A DNA stretch of 64,000 nt from Gemmatimonadales bacterium (GTDB taxonomy: Bacteria; Gemmatimonadota; Gemmatimonadetes; Gemmatimonadales; GWC2-71-9), in contig JBFIHA010000004.1 in NCBI GenBank assembly GCA_041602035.1, positions 71,888 to 135,887 of the forward strand, written 5' to 3'. Within the stretch, counting starts at the first letter, position 1. Each line of letters starts with the position of its first letter. Made by a program: the position numbers and the translations under genes. Under the pieces are notes generated by a model. The model saw only the letters and a list, made by a program, of their open reading frames with translations, did not search any database and was not told the DNA's origin. Below, in pieces: positions 12,698-21,451 of this stretch.

Positions 12698-13333
12698 CTA
12701 CTTGGAATAGAGCTCAACGATCATCTGCTCCTGCGCGGTGACCGGAATCTGGTCCCGTGTCGGGAGCTCGAGCAATTTGCCGACGGCCTTATCGGCGTCG
12801 ACGGAAAGCCACGTGACGGGCGCTGCACGGGACAGAGCCTCGATCGAGGCGCGTACCACGGTCAGGTCACGGCTCTTCGGCGCGACGCGGACTTCGTCAT
12901 TCGGCCGCACCTGATACGATGGGATGTTCACCGCGCGGCCGTTTACCTGGACGTGACGATGCCGCACCAACTGGCGGGCGGCCCGGCGGCTGGCCGCAAA
13001 ACCCATGCGGTGCACGATGCTGTCGAGGCGCGTCTCCAAGCGCACCAACAGGTTCTCACCTGTCACACCCGGAAGCGCGCGGACGCTCTCGAAGGTGCGC
13101 CGGAATTGCCCCTCGGTGAGACCGTAGAGCCGCTTCACCTTCTGCTTTTCCCGCAACTGACGCTGATATTCGGACGTCTTGCGCCGTCGACCCGCGGCCG
13201 GTCCATGCTGGCCGGGTGGATACGCCCGCCGTTCGATAGCGCACTTCTCGGTCAGGCACCGCGTGCCCTTGAGAAACAGCTTCGTGCCCTCGCGACGGCA
13301 CAGCTTGCAGACGGGACCCGTGTAGCGTGCCAT
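12698..13333 (-). CDS. rpsD: 30S ribosomal protein S4
   Basis: Starts MARYTGPVCKLCRREGTKLFLKGTRC...; 211 aa. Confidence 0.96.
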   Translation of the reverse strand: MARYTGPVCKLCRREGTKLFLKGTRCLTEKCAIERRAYPPGQHGPAAGRRRKTSEYQRQLREKQKVKRLYGLTEGQFRRTFESVRALPGVTGENLLVRLETRLDSIVHRMGFAASRRAARQLVRHRHVQVNGRAVNIPSYQVRPNDEVRVAPKSRDLTVVRASIEALSRAAPVTWLSVDADKAVGKLLELPTRDQIPVTAQEQMIVELYSK

Positions 13334-13336
13334 CGG

Positions 13337-13723
13337 TTACACCCGCCGCTTCTTGGGAGGCCGACACCCGTTATGCGGGATCGGCGTCACGTCGCGAATC
13401 GACTTCACCTCGAGACCCGCCGAGGCGAGCGCCTGGATCGCCGACTCGCGACCGGAGCCGGGACCCTGCACGCGCACATGGACCCGTCGGACGCCGAGGT
13501 TCAGCGCTTCGCGCGCGCACTGCTCGGCAGCCACGGTGGCGGCAAACGAGGTCGACTTTTTCGACCCTTTGAACCCAGACTTGCCGGCGGAACCCCAGAC
13601 GATGGCGTTCCCCTTCATGTCCGTGATCGTGACAAGCGTGTTGTTGAACGTGGCGGTTATGTGGGCAACGCCCTCCGCCTCGACCGTCTTCTTCGATCGC
13701 TTAGTGCCGGGAGCCTGAGCCAT
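13337..13723 (-). CDS. rpsK: 30S ribosomal protein S11
   Basis: Contains [22 protein letters not shown]...GSRKST.FAA-type sequence; 128 aa. Confidence 0.96.
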   Translation of the reverse strand: MAQAPGTKRSKKTVEAEGVAHITATFNNTLVTITDMKGNAIVWGSAGKSGFKGSKKSTSFAATVAAEQCAREALNLGVRRVHVRVQGPGSGRESAIQALASAGLEVKSIRDVTPIPHNGCRPPKKRRV

Positions 13724-13726
13724 ACC

Positions 13727-14107
13727 TTACTTCTTCGTCGCTTTCTTCTTGCCCGCGATCGCGCGCCGCGGGCCCTTTTTAGTGCGTGCGTTCGTGTGCG
13801 TCCGCTGCCCGCGAACCGGGAGACCGCGGCGGTGTCGCGTCCCACGGTAACTCCCGATGTCCATCAGGCGCTTGATGTTCATGGCCACTTCGGTGCGCAG
13901 GGCACCTTCGACCTTCACTTCTCGCTCGATCGCCTGGCGGAGCCGAGCCACCTCGGCGTCCGACAGGTCCCGGACCCGCGTTTCGGGGCTGACGGCGGTC
14001 GTGTCGAGCACCCGCCCAGCGGTCGCGCGACCGACACCATAGATGTAGGTCAACGCGACTCCGACCCGCTTCTCGCGCGGCAGGTCGACACCTGCGATGC
14101 GTGCCAT
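13727..14107 (-). CDS. rpsM: 30S ribosomal protein S13
   Basis: Contains [26 protein letters not shown]...[17 protein letters not shown]; 126 aa. Confidence 0.96.
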   Translation of the reverse strand: MARIAGVDLPREKRVGVALTYIYGVGRATAGRVLDTTAVSPETRVRDLSDAEVARLRQAIEREVKVEGALRTEVAMNIKRLMDIGSYRGTRHRRGLPVRGQRTHTNARTKKGPRRAIAGKKKATKK

Positions 14108-14110
14108 GGC

Positions 14111-14227
14111 TTACCCCTGCCGCTGCTTGTGCTTGGGATTGCGCTTGCAGATGACCCGCGTGACGCCACGTCGGCGGACCACCTTGCAGTGCTCGCAAAT
14201 TGGCTTGACGCTTGAACGGACTTTCAA
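14111..14227 (-). CDS. rpmJ: 50S ribosomal protein L36 (TTG start)
   Basis: Below the ORF-track length cutoff. My translation is (M)[40 protein letters not shown] start at 14225-14227, with GGGGAG 5-6 nt upstream. It is in the canonical position upstream of rpsM. Confidence 0.9.
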   Translation of the reverse strand: MKVRSSVKPICEHCKVVRRRGVTRVICKRNPKHKQRQG

Positions 14228-14263
14228 GGCTGCTCCCCACGAAATCCAGGAATCGAGCCTTGG

Positions 14264-14292
14264 AATATAGAGAGGCGTTAATACCGATGCAA
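14264..14292 (-). promoter_or_regulatory. Candidate sigma70-type promoter of the rpmJ-rplQ operon (TTGCAT-N17-TATATT)
   Basis: On the minus strand, TTGCAT (14287-14292) is followed by exactly 17 nt and then TATATT (14264-14269), about 36 nt upstream of the rpmJ start. Confidence 0.6.
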
Positions 14293-14299
14293 GCGGAGG

Positions 14300-14719
14300 T
14301 TAGGGGGTGACGCGGACCTCCCGCAGCCGCCACGTACCCTCCACCCGCCGGAAGCCCATGAGCACCCGCTCTCGCCGCTCCTCCGAGGTCCCACGGACGA
14401 CGTACGACCGATCCAGCTCCGCATAGGCGTGGTCCTCGGCAAGCACCCGGAGTCTGACCAGGGTCAACTCGCGCTCCTGGGCCGAATGGAGGTACTTCTC
14501 GAGCACCCGGGCCGCCTGGCCAGGCTTCATGGATGCCGACTTGGCCGTCCCCGGGATATTGAGCCGCACCGTGTCGCTGGTGGCCAGGAGCGTGCCGACC
14601 TCATGGCCGAAGAACGCGCCGCGGGCGCGCTCCACCGCCCGGTTGAGGTCGTCTTGCGCGGCCAGGGGCGGCCGGAGCACCGCGAGCAGGAGGCCAGCCG
14701 CGAGCAGGGCCCGTCTCAC
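14300..14719 (-). CDS. Hypothetical secreted protein (signal peptide; function unknown)
   Basis: The ORF extends to 14800, but that would overlap pyrF. A GTG at 14717-14719 gives (M)RRALLAAGLLLAVLRPPLAAQDD..., a signal-peptide-like N-terminus. I recognise no family motif. Confidence 0.55.
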   Translation of the reverse strand: MRRALLAAGLLLAVLRPPLAAQDDLNRAVERARGAFFGHEVGTLLATSDTVRLNIPGTAKSASMKPGQAARVLEKYLHSAQERELTLVRLRVLAEDHAYAELDRSYVVRGTSEERRERVLMGFRRVEGTWRLREVRVTP

Positions 14720-14753
14720 GGGTTCCCTCCGCTGGCGCGGCCGGTCCGGACGC

Positions 14754-15440
14754 TTAGGAAAGCTCTTGGCATATGACGTCATACACCGCTTGGGGATCAA
14801 TGGCCCGCGTGATCGGACGGCCCACCACGAGATGCGTCGCTCCTGCTCGGACGGCGGTGGCCGGATCGGCCGTTCGGCGCTGGTCGTCCGGGTCGGACCC
14901 GGCCGGCCGGATGCCGGGTGTCACGATCCAGACGTCCCTCCCAACCGCCGCGCGCCGCACGACGTCGATTTCCTGAGGAGAGGCCACCACCGCCCCGATG
15001 CCGCACTCGAGTGCCACCCCGGTGAGGCGGGCCACCTCGGCAGGCAGCCCGTCTCCGGCCGGGGGTCGTCCGAGCGAGCTCCAGTACCCCTCGGCGCCAT
15101 GGGACGTGAGGACCGAAACCGCGGCCAGCCGGAGGCTCCCGCTCGCCGCCACCGCCGCCTGAAGCATGTCCCGCCCCCCCAGCGCGTGGACGGTCGCCAG
15201 GTCCACCCCCAGCTCCCGCGCCCCTTCGACCGCCGCCGCCACCGTGTTCGGGATATCGTGCCACTTGAGGTCCAAGAACACCCGCAGGCCGCGCCCCTTG
15301 AGTCCCCGCACGAGGTCGGGACCGCCACGGAGAAAGAGTACCGGCCCGACTTTCACCCATCGCAACCCCGGCAGCCGGTCGAGCAGCCGTTCGGCCTCGT
15401 CCCGCCCCGGCACGTCCAGGGCCAGGATCAGCTCAGCCAT
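14754..15440 (-). CDS. pyrF: Orotidine 5'-phosphate decarboxylase
   Basis: From the internal ATG at 15440: MAELILALDVP...FLDLKWHDIPNTV...THLVVGRPI. The start overlaps the pyrD stop (ATGGCTGA, 8 nt). Confidence 0.92.
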   Translation of the reverse strand: MAELILALDVPGRDEAERLLDRLPGLRWVKVGPVLFLRGGPDLVRGLKGRGLRVFLDLKWHDIPNTVAAAVEGARELGVDLATVHALGGRDMLQAAVAASGSLRLAAVSVLTSHGAEGYWSSLGRPPAGDGLPAEVARLTGVALECGIGAVVASPQEIDVVRRAAVGRDVWIVTPGIRPAGSDPDDQRRTADPATAVRAGATHLVVGRPITRAIDPQAVYDVICQELS

Positions 15441-16329
15441 GGAGCCGCAAGGCCGCCACCAGTCGCTCGGGGACCCGGGGATGCGCCAGGGCCGCGGTCC
15501 CCACGGCCACGAGCGACGCTCCCGCCAGGAGGTATTGCTCCACATCCTCGGCCTTGCGAATCCCTCCAGTTCCGATCACCGGTTTCCCCGTCCGCGCCTT
15601 CACCAGTCGGGTCGCCAGCACGCCAATGGGGAGAAGGGCCGGCCCGCTCACGCCGCCCCGGCCGTACCCGAGCCGGGGCTCGGCCGTATTCCCCCCAGAC
15701 CTCGACATCCTGTACAGCGTTCCGGGGAGCGTGTTCACGAGGGAAAACCCATCCGCCCCCGCCTCCGCGGCGACCGCCGCCGTCGACGCCAGATCGGACA
15801 AGGTCGGGGCTAGCTTGACAATGAGGGGCCTCTCGGTGACACCGCGACACCGGCGCACGAGGTCGCCAAGTACCGTGGGGTCGGCCCCAAACTCCTCACC
15901 GCCGCGTTCCGTGTTGGGACAGGACACGTTCAGCTCGAATCCCGTGATACCAGCCTGGACGTCGAGCCGCCGTACCACGGTCACATAATCCTCGACCGCC
16001 GAGCCCACCACGTTGACCAGCACTCGGGCCCGCCGCAGATGCGCCGCGAGCCACGGCAGTTCCACCTCGGCGACGTGGTCCAGGCCAGGATTCGCAAGAC
16101 CAATGGCGTTGAGCATGCCGCCCCAGAACTCCGCCACGCGCGGCGGCGCGTTGCCCGATCGGGGTTCCGGACTCACCGCTTTGGTGATGAGCCCGCCAAG
16201 ACGATCGAGATCGACCACTCGGGCCAGTTCCCGCCCAAATCCGGCGGTGCCGGCAGCAAGCAGGATCGGGTTCTGGAACGTGGTACCGAAAATGTCGACG
16301 CTGTCGTGGTGGGCCGTTCTCGTCGTCAC
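15433..16329 (-). CDS. pyrD: Dihydroorotate dehydrogenase (class 1 type catalytic subunit)
   Basis: 298 aa. Contains FQNPILLAAGTAGFG...NAIGLANPG...ELNVSCPN...NTL...GGI. Confidence 0.9.
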   Translation of the reverse strand: MTTRTAHHDSVDIFGTTFQNPILLAAGTAGFGRELARVVDLDRLGGLITKAVSPEPRSGNAPPRVAEFWGGMLNAIGLANPGLDHVAEVELPWLAAHLRRARVLVNVVGSAVEDYVTVVRRLDVQAGITGFELNVSCPNTERGGEEFGADPTVLGDLVRRCRGVTERPLIVKLAPTLSDLASTAAVAAEAGADGFSLVNTLPGTLYRMSRSGGNTAEPRLGYGRGGVSGPALLPIGVLATRLVKARTGKPVIGTGGIRKAEDVEQYLLAGASLVAVGTAALAHPRVPERLVAALRLHG

Positions 16330-17711
16330 CGTCGCCGCCGGATGATCTCTTCTTCGTCGGCCTCCAGCCCCAGCGGGCTCTGTAGCCGGAGCCGCTCCGC
16401 CGCAAAGAGGGTCTTGAGGGAGTCCTCGAGCGACGCGAACCGCTCCGATGCCTCACCCCGCAAGGCCAGTCGGTAGGGTGAGCCAGGGTACTGGCCGTCC
16501 AACAGCGCCGACAGCGAATCGGTCAGGTCCGTTCGGAGCGAGGCCGCTGCCAGCAGGGCTTTGGGTGCGATGGGGCTCTCCGGATGCTCGCGCTGAGCCA
16601 AGAGGAACAGGGCCGACGCCGGCAGCGGTGCGCGGAGAGAATCTCGCACGATCTCGCCGAGCACGAACAGCTTGGCGTCACGATTCGAAACCTCACGGTT
16701 CGCGACAACTTGTATGGCGACGTCAAGCACGCCGACAGTTGGGCCGATCACCTGAGCCGGACGGCCACCCGCACGCATCGGTCGATCCAATTCTCGTCGC
16801 ACGTCCGCCAAGGCGCCGGGATCCTCCAGCTCCTTGAAGCGCGCAAGCCCGGCGTACGCCCGACCGAGATTGGCATCCGCAGAGTCCGGAGCCGCGGCCA
16901 CCGCCGCGCCGAACCGGGCACGGGCCCGGGTGTCATCTCCCGCCCGCTCCCACCGCACCCCGTCGGCGTTGAAGAGGCGTGTCCGTTGCCCGGGCGTCAG
17001 ATCCTGGCGCTCCGCCAACCTGTCGACCAAGGCCGCCGCGCCCTCCCCGTCATACCGGCCGAACGAGTCGAGCACAGCGAGCCACAGCGTTTCCTGGTAC
17101 GAGAGCGTGACCCGCGTCTCGAGCACTGCCTTCGCGGCGGCGAGGTCACCCAAGCTGAGAAAGGCCCCGGCAAGATCGAAGGCGGCCAGACCTATCGGCA
17201 CTCGATGGAAGTCCTGCACGGCGGCCGCCGGATTGCCACGAGCCAGTTCCGCCCGTCCCCGCAGCAGAAATGCGCGCGCGGCCGTGGCCGAATCGGCACC
17301 ATCCAAGAGCGCGTCGAGCGTGGCGATCGCGGCGGTCGGCCGATCGAGCCCAAGCTCGCACCGCGCCAGGACGAGGCGCGCCTCCCGTTGGACGGCGGCA
17401 TCGGGTGACGAGGTCGCGGCGAGCGATAACGGCCGAACTGCGCGGCTGCAGTCACCGATCTCCGAGAGACCCTTGCCCCAGAGGAGAAGCGCATCGTCAC
17501 GGTACTTGCTCTTGGGATACCTAGTCGCGACGGATTCCGCCTTGACGGCCGCTTGGGCCCACAGGGAACGCGCCTCACCGGGGCGCCCCTCACGCTGGGC
17601 ACGCGTGGCGTCTCCGGCGAGTTGATTGGCGTTGTAGAGGCCGTTGAAGTAGGCGCACCCGATGCCGGCGGCGCCGAGCAGGACGACGCCGCGCCAGCAA
17701 CGTCGCATCAT
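16326..17711 (-). CDS. TPR-repeat lipoprotein (BamD/YbgF-like N-terminal region)
   Basis: 461 aa. N-terminus MMRRCWRGVVLLGAAGIGC has a lipobox-like Cys. The rest is Ala/Leu/Arg-rich helical repeats. Assigned by composition only. Confidence 0.5.
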   Translation of the reverse strand: MMRRCWRGVVLLGAAGIGCAYFNGLYNANQLAGDATRAQREGRPGEARSLWAQAAVKAESVATRYPKSKYRDDALLLWGKGLSEIGDCSRAVRPLSLAATSSPDAAVQREARLVLARCELGLDRPTAAIATLDALLDGADSATAARAFLLRGRAELARGNPAAAVQDFHRVPIGLAAFDLAGAFLSLGDLAAAKAVLETRVTLSYQETLWLAVLDSFGRYDGEGAAALVDRLAERQDLTPGQRTRLFNADGVRWERAGDDTRARARFGAAVAAAPDSADANLGRAYAGLARFKELEDPGALADVRRELDRPMRAGGRPAQVIGPTVGVLDVAIQVVANREVSNRDAKLFVLGEIVRDSLRAPLPASALFLLAQREHPESPIAPKALLAAASLRTDLTDSLSALLDGQYPGSPYRLALRGEASERFASLEDSLKTLFAAERLRLQSPLGLEADEEEIIRRRR

Positions 17712-18922
17712 GGCTGCGTCCCGACCAGCACCTTCGCCTCGTATCGCTTCAGGTACTCGACGATCCCCCGCGCGATGGACTTGGCGATGGCCTGCTGGCC
17801 CGACGTCGAAGCGAGGAACTCCCCATCGCGCCGGTTGGTGGCGAAGCCGGTCTCGACCAGGATGGCGGGTCGCGTTGCCGTCTTGAGCACCACGTACGGG
17901 GCCTGCGCCACGCCGCGATTGTGACCCGGGTGGGTGGCCGCCGCATGGTGCTGCACGATGTCGGCCAGCAGTGCCGACTCTCGAAGGAACTCGTTCGTCT
18001 GCAGATCCTTGAAGATGAAGCCGAGGTCGCCCCCGAGATTGCCCCCACCCGTCTCGTACCGGAGCGCGTCGTTCTCCATCGCCGCGACCCGGCGGGCTTC
18101 CGCTGTCAGCGCCTCACCCAGGAAGTAGGTCTCGACCCCGTTTACCAGCTCGTACCCTCGACGGGACGGGAGACTGTTGACATGGAGGCTCACGAACAGC
18201 GCGCACTCGTCTCGGCACATCAGGGCGCGCTCGCCCAGCGCAATGAGCGTGTCCGTCGACCGGGTCATGATGACGTCGACGCCGCGCTGCCGCAGCTCGT
18301 CTCGCAGCAGCAGGCCGATAGCGAGGTTCACGTGCTTTTCCTTCATGCTTCCGGGCAGGTGGCGCCCGGGGTTGCCGGGGTCCACCCCACCGTGCCCGGG
18401 ATCCACAATGATCTGATGTGCCAGCCGCAGCCCGTTGCGGCGCGCGGCGTCGGATCCCGGACGCCCCGGCGCCGGGGTCAGCGACGGTGGTCGGGAGGCA
18501 AGCCGTGACTCCTCGAACCGTGCGGACCGATGATCGTACCGGTAGCCCTCGCTGAAGGTGCGCGGGACGAATTCCGCGAGCCACTGAAGCGGGACGAAGA
18601 GCGTATCGGTTACGACGTATGCGCCACCAGCCACCGGCACGACACGTCCTTCGTGGACGAACAGTGGCGCCCCGAGCAGAAACCGGAATGGCACACCGGC
18701 AAACGCCACCTGCGCCCAGTCGCCGATCACCTCGCTGGTTACAGGAAGCACGCCGCTCAGCCGCGGTACTGGAAGCGCCGCATGCCCCTTGTGCATGCCG
18801 ACCGGGATGGTGGTCTCGCCAAATGCCGTCGCGACCACCACCGCGCGCGGTGCAACCCGGTACGGCGGGAGGTCCATGGCCTCTGAGGTCAGCGCGAGTG
18901 CGGCAAGAAGCAGCAACGTCAT
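17708..18922 (-). CDS. N-acetylmuramoyl-L-alanine amidase (Amidase_3 / AmiC-like)
   Basis: The C-terminal half has IIVDPGHGGVDPGN...SLHVNS...ILVETGFATN, the zinc-amidase motifs. Signal peptide at the N-terminus. Confidence 0.85.
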   Translation of the reverse strand: MTLLLLAALALTSEAMDLPPYRVAPRAVVVATAFGETTIPVGMHKGHAALPVPRLSGVLPVTSEVIGDWAQVAFAGVPFRFLLGAPLFVHEGRVVPVAGGAYVVTDTLFVPLQWLAEFVPRTFSEGYRYDHRSARFEESRLASRPPSLTPAPGRPGSDAARRNGLRLAHQIIVDPGHGGVDPGNPGRHLPGSMKEKHVNLAIGLLLRDELRQRGVDVIMTRSTDTLIALGERALMCRDECALFVSLHVNSLPSRRGYELVNGVETYFLGEALTAEARRVAAMENDALRYETGGGNLGGDLGFIFKDLQTNEFLRESALLADIVQHHAAATHPGHNRGVAQAPYVVLKTATRPAILVETGFATNRRDGEFLASTSGQQAIAKSIARGIVEYLKRYEAKVLVGTQP

Positions 18923-19398
18923 TGCCGACGTCCTCGCTCCCGCTCGGCGTCGCGCTGGGCCGCACGCCGCTTGAGATCCTCACGCTTGTCGTGGAGCTTC
19001 TTCCCGCGGGCGAGCGCCATGGTCACTTTGGCCCACCCTCTGGTGAGGTGCAGATCGAGGGGCACCAGGGTGAGGCCCTTCTGCTCGACCGCGCCGATGA
19101 GCCGGCGCAGCTGATGGCGATGCATGAGCAGTTTGCGCGGCCGCAAAGGATCGTGATTGACGTACCCAGCCGAGTCATACGCAGCGACGTTCATTCCTTC
19201 CAGCCAGACTTCGCCCGACCGCAGGACGCCGTACGCGCCCTTGAGGCTCACCTTCCCGGCCCGCACCGACTTGATCTCGCTGCCGGTGAGCGCGAGCCCG
19301 GCTTCCCACGTATCAAGAATGTGGTAGTCGTGCCTCGCCTTCTTGTTACGGGCGACGACGGTCCCGGATTCGGCTTTCGGATCAGCAGTTGGCGACAC
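18919..19398 (-). CDS. smpB: SsrA-binding protein
   Basis: 159 aa. Contains NKKARHDYHILDTWEAGLALTGSEIKSVR...LLMHRHQL. Confidence 0.95.
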   Translation of the reverse strand: MSPTADPKAESGTVVARNKKARHDYHILDTWEAGLALTGSEIKSVRAGKVSLKGAYGVLRSGEVWLEGMNVAAYDSAGYVNHDPLRPRKLLMHRHQLRRLIGAVEQKGLTLVPLDLHLTRGWAKVTMALARGKKLHDKREDLKRRAAQRDAERERGRRQ

Positions 19399-19447
19399 GA
19401 GCTAAGTCCAACATAGAAAACCATTTCCGGCCGGTCAAGCGGCGCGG

Positions 19448-19477
19448 TTGACCGCGTTTGGCACCGCTTTCTATATT
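19448..19477 (+). promoter_or_regulatory. Candidate promoter of tRNA-Leu (TTGACC-N18-TATATT)
   Basis: Hexamers at 19448-19453 and 19472-19477, 22 nt upstream of the mature tRNA 5' end. Confidence 0.55.
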
Positions 19478-19499
19478 CCGGGCCCACTACGAAGTTCCT

Positions 19500-19584
19500 G
19501 CCGAAGTGGTGGAACTGGTAGACGCGCTGCGTTCAGGGCGCAGTGGGCGAATAGCCCGTGTGGGTTCGAATCCCACCTTCGGCA
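19500..19584 (+). tRNA. tRNA-Leu (anticodon CAG), type II with long variable arm
   Basis: Hand-folded. Acceptor GCCGAAG/CTTCGGC plus discriminator A. Anticodon stem CTGCG/CGCAG with loop TTCAGGG. Variable stem GGGC/GCCC. T-arm GTGGG-TTCGAAT-CCCAC. CCA is not encoded. Confidence 0.9.
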
Positions 19585-19594
19585 CTCAACTAAA

Positions 19595-19630
19595 CACGCC
19601 CGGCATCGCGTCCAGAACGGTGCCGGGCGT
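19595..19630. terminator. Hairpin between tRNA-Leu and the convergent moeZ-like gene
   Basis: 10-bp stem ACGCCCGGCA/TGCCGGGCGT with a 15-nt loop. Only a weak T tract follows. Confidence 0.4.
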
Positions 19631-19654
19631 TCTCGTCCAACGCCGACAGGGCGC

Positions 19655-20794
19655 TCAGTAGCGCGCCATGGTCGGGTCCACGACGTCGGCCCACGCCGCC
19701 ACGCCACCTTTCAAACTCCGCACATGCTCGAACCCTGCGTCGCGCAACACGTCCACCGCGCGTAGGGAACGACGGCCGTGATGGCAGATGGTGACGATCT
19801 CGCTCGACGGATCGAGCTCGTTCACGCGCTGTGAAAGCGTGCCCATGGGGATGAGTCGAGATGCTGGGATGTGACAGATCGCCCACTCGAGAGGCTCCCG
19901 CACATCGACCAGCACGATCGCATCGTTGCCTCGAAGCTCGCGCGCCAACTCGGCAGCCGTGACCTCGTACTCGCCCGCCGGTTCCTCCGCACCGTATCCG
20001 CAGAACGCTTCGTAGTCGATCAGCTCCCGAATCGTGGGCGAGGTCCCGCAGATAGGGCATGTCGGATCACGACGGATCACAAGCTCGCGGAATTCGAGGT
20101 TGAGCGCATTGAACAGCAGGAGGCGTCCCTCGAGCGTGGTACCAGTGCCCAGAATCAGCTTGATGGCCTCGAGTGCCTGAATGCTCCCGATGATTCCCGG
20201 CAGGACGCCCAGCACGCCGGCCTCGTCGCAGGATGGGATCAGGCCCGGCGGTGGTGGCTCCCTGAACAGGCAGCGGTAGCACGGCCCCGACGAGCGGCCG
20301 AACACCGACGCCTGTCCATCGAAGCGGAAGATCGCGCCGTAGACGTATGGAATCCCCAAGAGCACGCAGGCATCGTTCACCAGATACCTGGTCGGGAAGT
20401 TATCGCTCCCATCCACTACAACGTCGAACGCGCGACAGACGTCGAGCGCGTTGCTGGAGGAGAGACGGTCCTCGAACGTCCGGAGCGTGACGTGCGGGTT
20501 GAGGTCGCGCAGTCTCGCCGCGGCGGACGACACCTTGCTCGTGCCCACCGCCGACGTGCCGTGAACCACCTGCCGCTGCAGGTTCGTCGCGTCGAGGAGG
20601 TCGGAATCGACGATCCCGAGCGTTCCGACCCCTGCCGCGGCCAGGTAGAGCAGTGCTGGTGACCCGAGGCCTCCCGCCCCAACCACCAGCACACTCGCGG
20701 ACCGTAGCCGTTGCTGCCCCTCCAGCCCAATTTCTGGGAGGAGGAGATGTCGAGAGTATCTGGTAACCTCGTGCGGGCTCAGTTCGTCGGACAT
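19655..20794 (-). CDS. ThiF/MoeB-family adenylyltransferase fused to a C-terminal rhodanese domain (MoeZ/MoeBR-type)
   Basis: From the internal ATG at 20794: MSDELSPHEVTRYSRHLLLPEIGLEGQQRL...VVGAGGLGSP. It has two CxxC pairs (CYRC, CPIC) and a rhodanese active-site loop, CHHGRRS. Confidence 0.85.
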   Translation of the reverse strand: MSDELSPHEVTRYSRHLLLPEIGLEGQQRLRSASVLVVGAGGLGSPALLYLAAAGVGTLGIVDSDLLDATNLQRQVVHGTSAVGTSKVSSAAARLRDLNPHVTLRTFEDRLSSSNALDVCRAFDVVVDGSDNFPTRYLVNDACVLLGIPYVYGAIFRFDGQASVFGRSSGPCYRCLFREPPPPGLIPSCDEAGVLGVLPGIIGSIQALEAIKLILGTGTTLEGRLLLFNALNLEFRELVIRRDPTCPICGTSPTIRELIDYEAFCGYGAEEPAGEYEVTAAELARELRGNDAIVLVDVREPLEWAICHIPASRLIPMGTLSQRVNELDPSSEIVTICHHGRRSLRAVDVLRDAGFEHVRSLKGGVAAWADVVDPTMARY

Positions 20795-20951
20795 CGCGCG
20801 ACAGCCAGCGCTCGGGTCCCGGTGCTCGGAACCTGCCGATAGACGCCTCGGTGAGGAAGTCCCTCTCCGATTGGCGTAATCCCGATAAGCTTGGTAGGAT
20901 TTCGCGGCGTAGGTAGACTTGTGCCCCACCCCACCCCGCTGTCACTCACCG

Positions 20952-21392
20952 CTACCGCGCCACGAGAGCTTCGACTTCAGACTCCTGACGCATGAGGTCG
21001 GCGAGAGACACGCTCGACAGCATCTCATCGATCCTGCGCTGCAGCTCACGCCATACGGGCCGGAGACTGCAATCCCCGTCGGGGCCACACCGCGCAAGAT
21101 TCACCCGGTGTGCATCGCAATACACTTCGAACGTGCGATTCTCGGCCGCTTCCATCACGTCCTTCACCGAGATGCTCTGGGGATCGTGGGCCAGGAAATA
21201 CCCGCCCTTCGCTCCCCGCACGCTCTTCACCAGCCCCGCCCTTCGGAGCTTCAGCAGGATCTGCTCCACATAGTCGGCAGGGAGGCCCTCTCGTTCTGCC
21301 AGGTCCCGCGCAGGCGTCGGGGTCTCTCCTCCCTCCTTGGCCAGGTGGAGGGACACAATCAAGCCGTACTCGGCCCAAGTTGTGACTCGCAT
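20952..21392 (-). CDS. Rrf2-family transcriptional regulator (IscR/NsrR-like, three Cys)
   Basis: MRVTTWAEYGLIVSLHLAK... with a winged HTH (LLKLRRAGLVKSVRGAKGGYFL) and a C-x9-C-x5-C cluster-ligand-like pattern. Confidence 0.85.
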   Translation of the reverse strand: MRVTTWAEYGLIVSLHLAKEGGETPTPARDLAEREGLPADYVEQILLKLRRAGLVKSVRGAKGGYFLAHDPQSISVKDVMEAAENRTFEVYCDAHRVNLARCGPDGDCSLRPVWRELQRRIDEMLSSVSLADLMRQESEVEALVAR

Positions 21393-21451
21393 GGTGCCTC
21401 CCGTACCCAAATATCCGACGCCCGGGCTCGGAAAGCAAGATTATTCGGCTT

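Noticed and set aside
12005-14215. 736-aa plus-strand ORF across the ribosomal protein/rpoA block. Similar long ORFs are 16..807(+), 27132..28475(+), 36998..39658(+), 57856..59511(+), 61124..62743(-) and 5694..6404(+).
   Set aside because: They run antisense to, or in an alternate frame of, genes with unmistakable family sequences. They are Arg/Pro/Gly/Ala-rich with no motifs. This is the typical open 'shadow' frame of ~67% GC DNA.
19399-19499. tmRNA (ssrA) next to smpB, and tRNA-Sec in the short intergenic regions I examined closely.
   Set aside because: The smpB upstream region contains only the tRNA-Leu promoter. The intergenic stretches I read closely showed only the two tRNAs reported (Leu-CAG, Ala-UGC), with no ~95-nt UCA-anticodon structure among them. 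The scan was not exhaustive. selC may well lie elsewhere.
20795-20951. 157-nt leader upstream of the MoeZ-like gene as a possible Moco or other riboswitch.
   Set aside because: I could not recognise the conserved Moco-motif helices or any convincing structure by eye. A covariance-model scan (Rfam) would be needed to support it.
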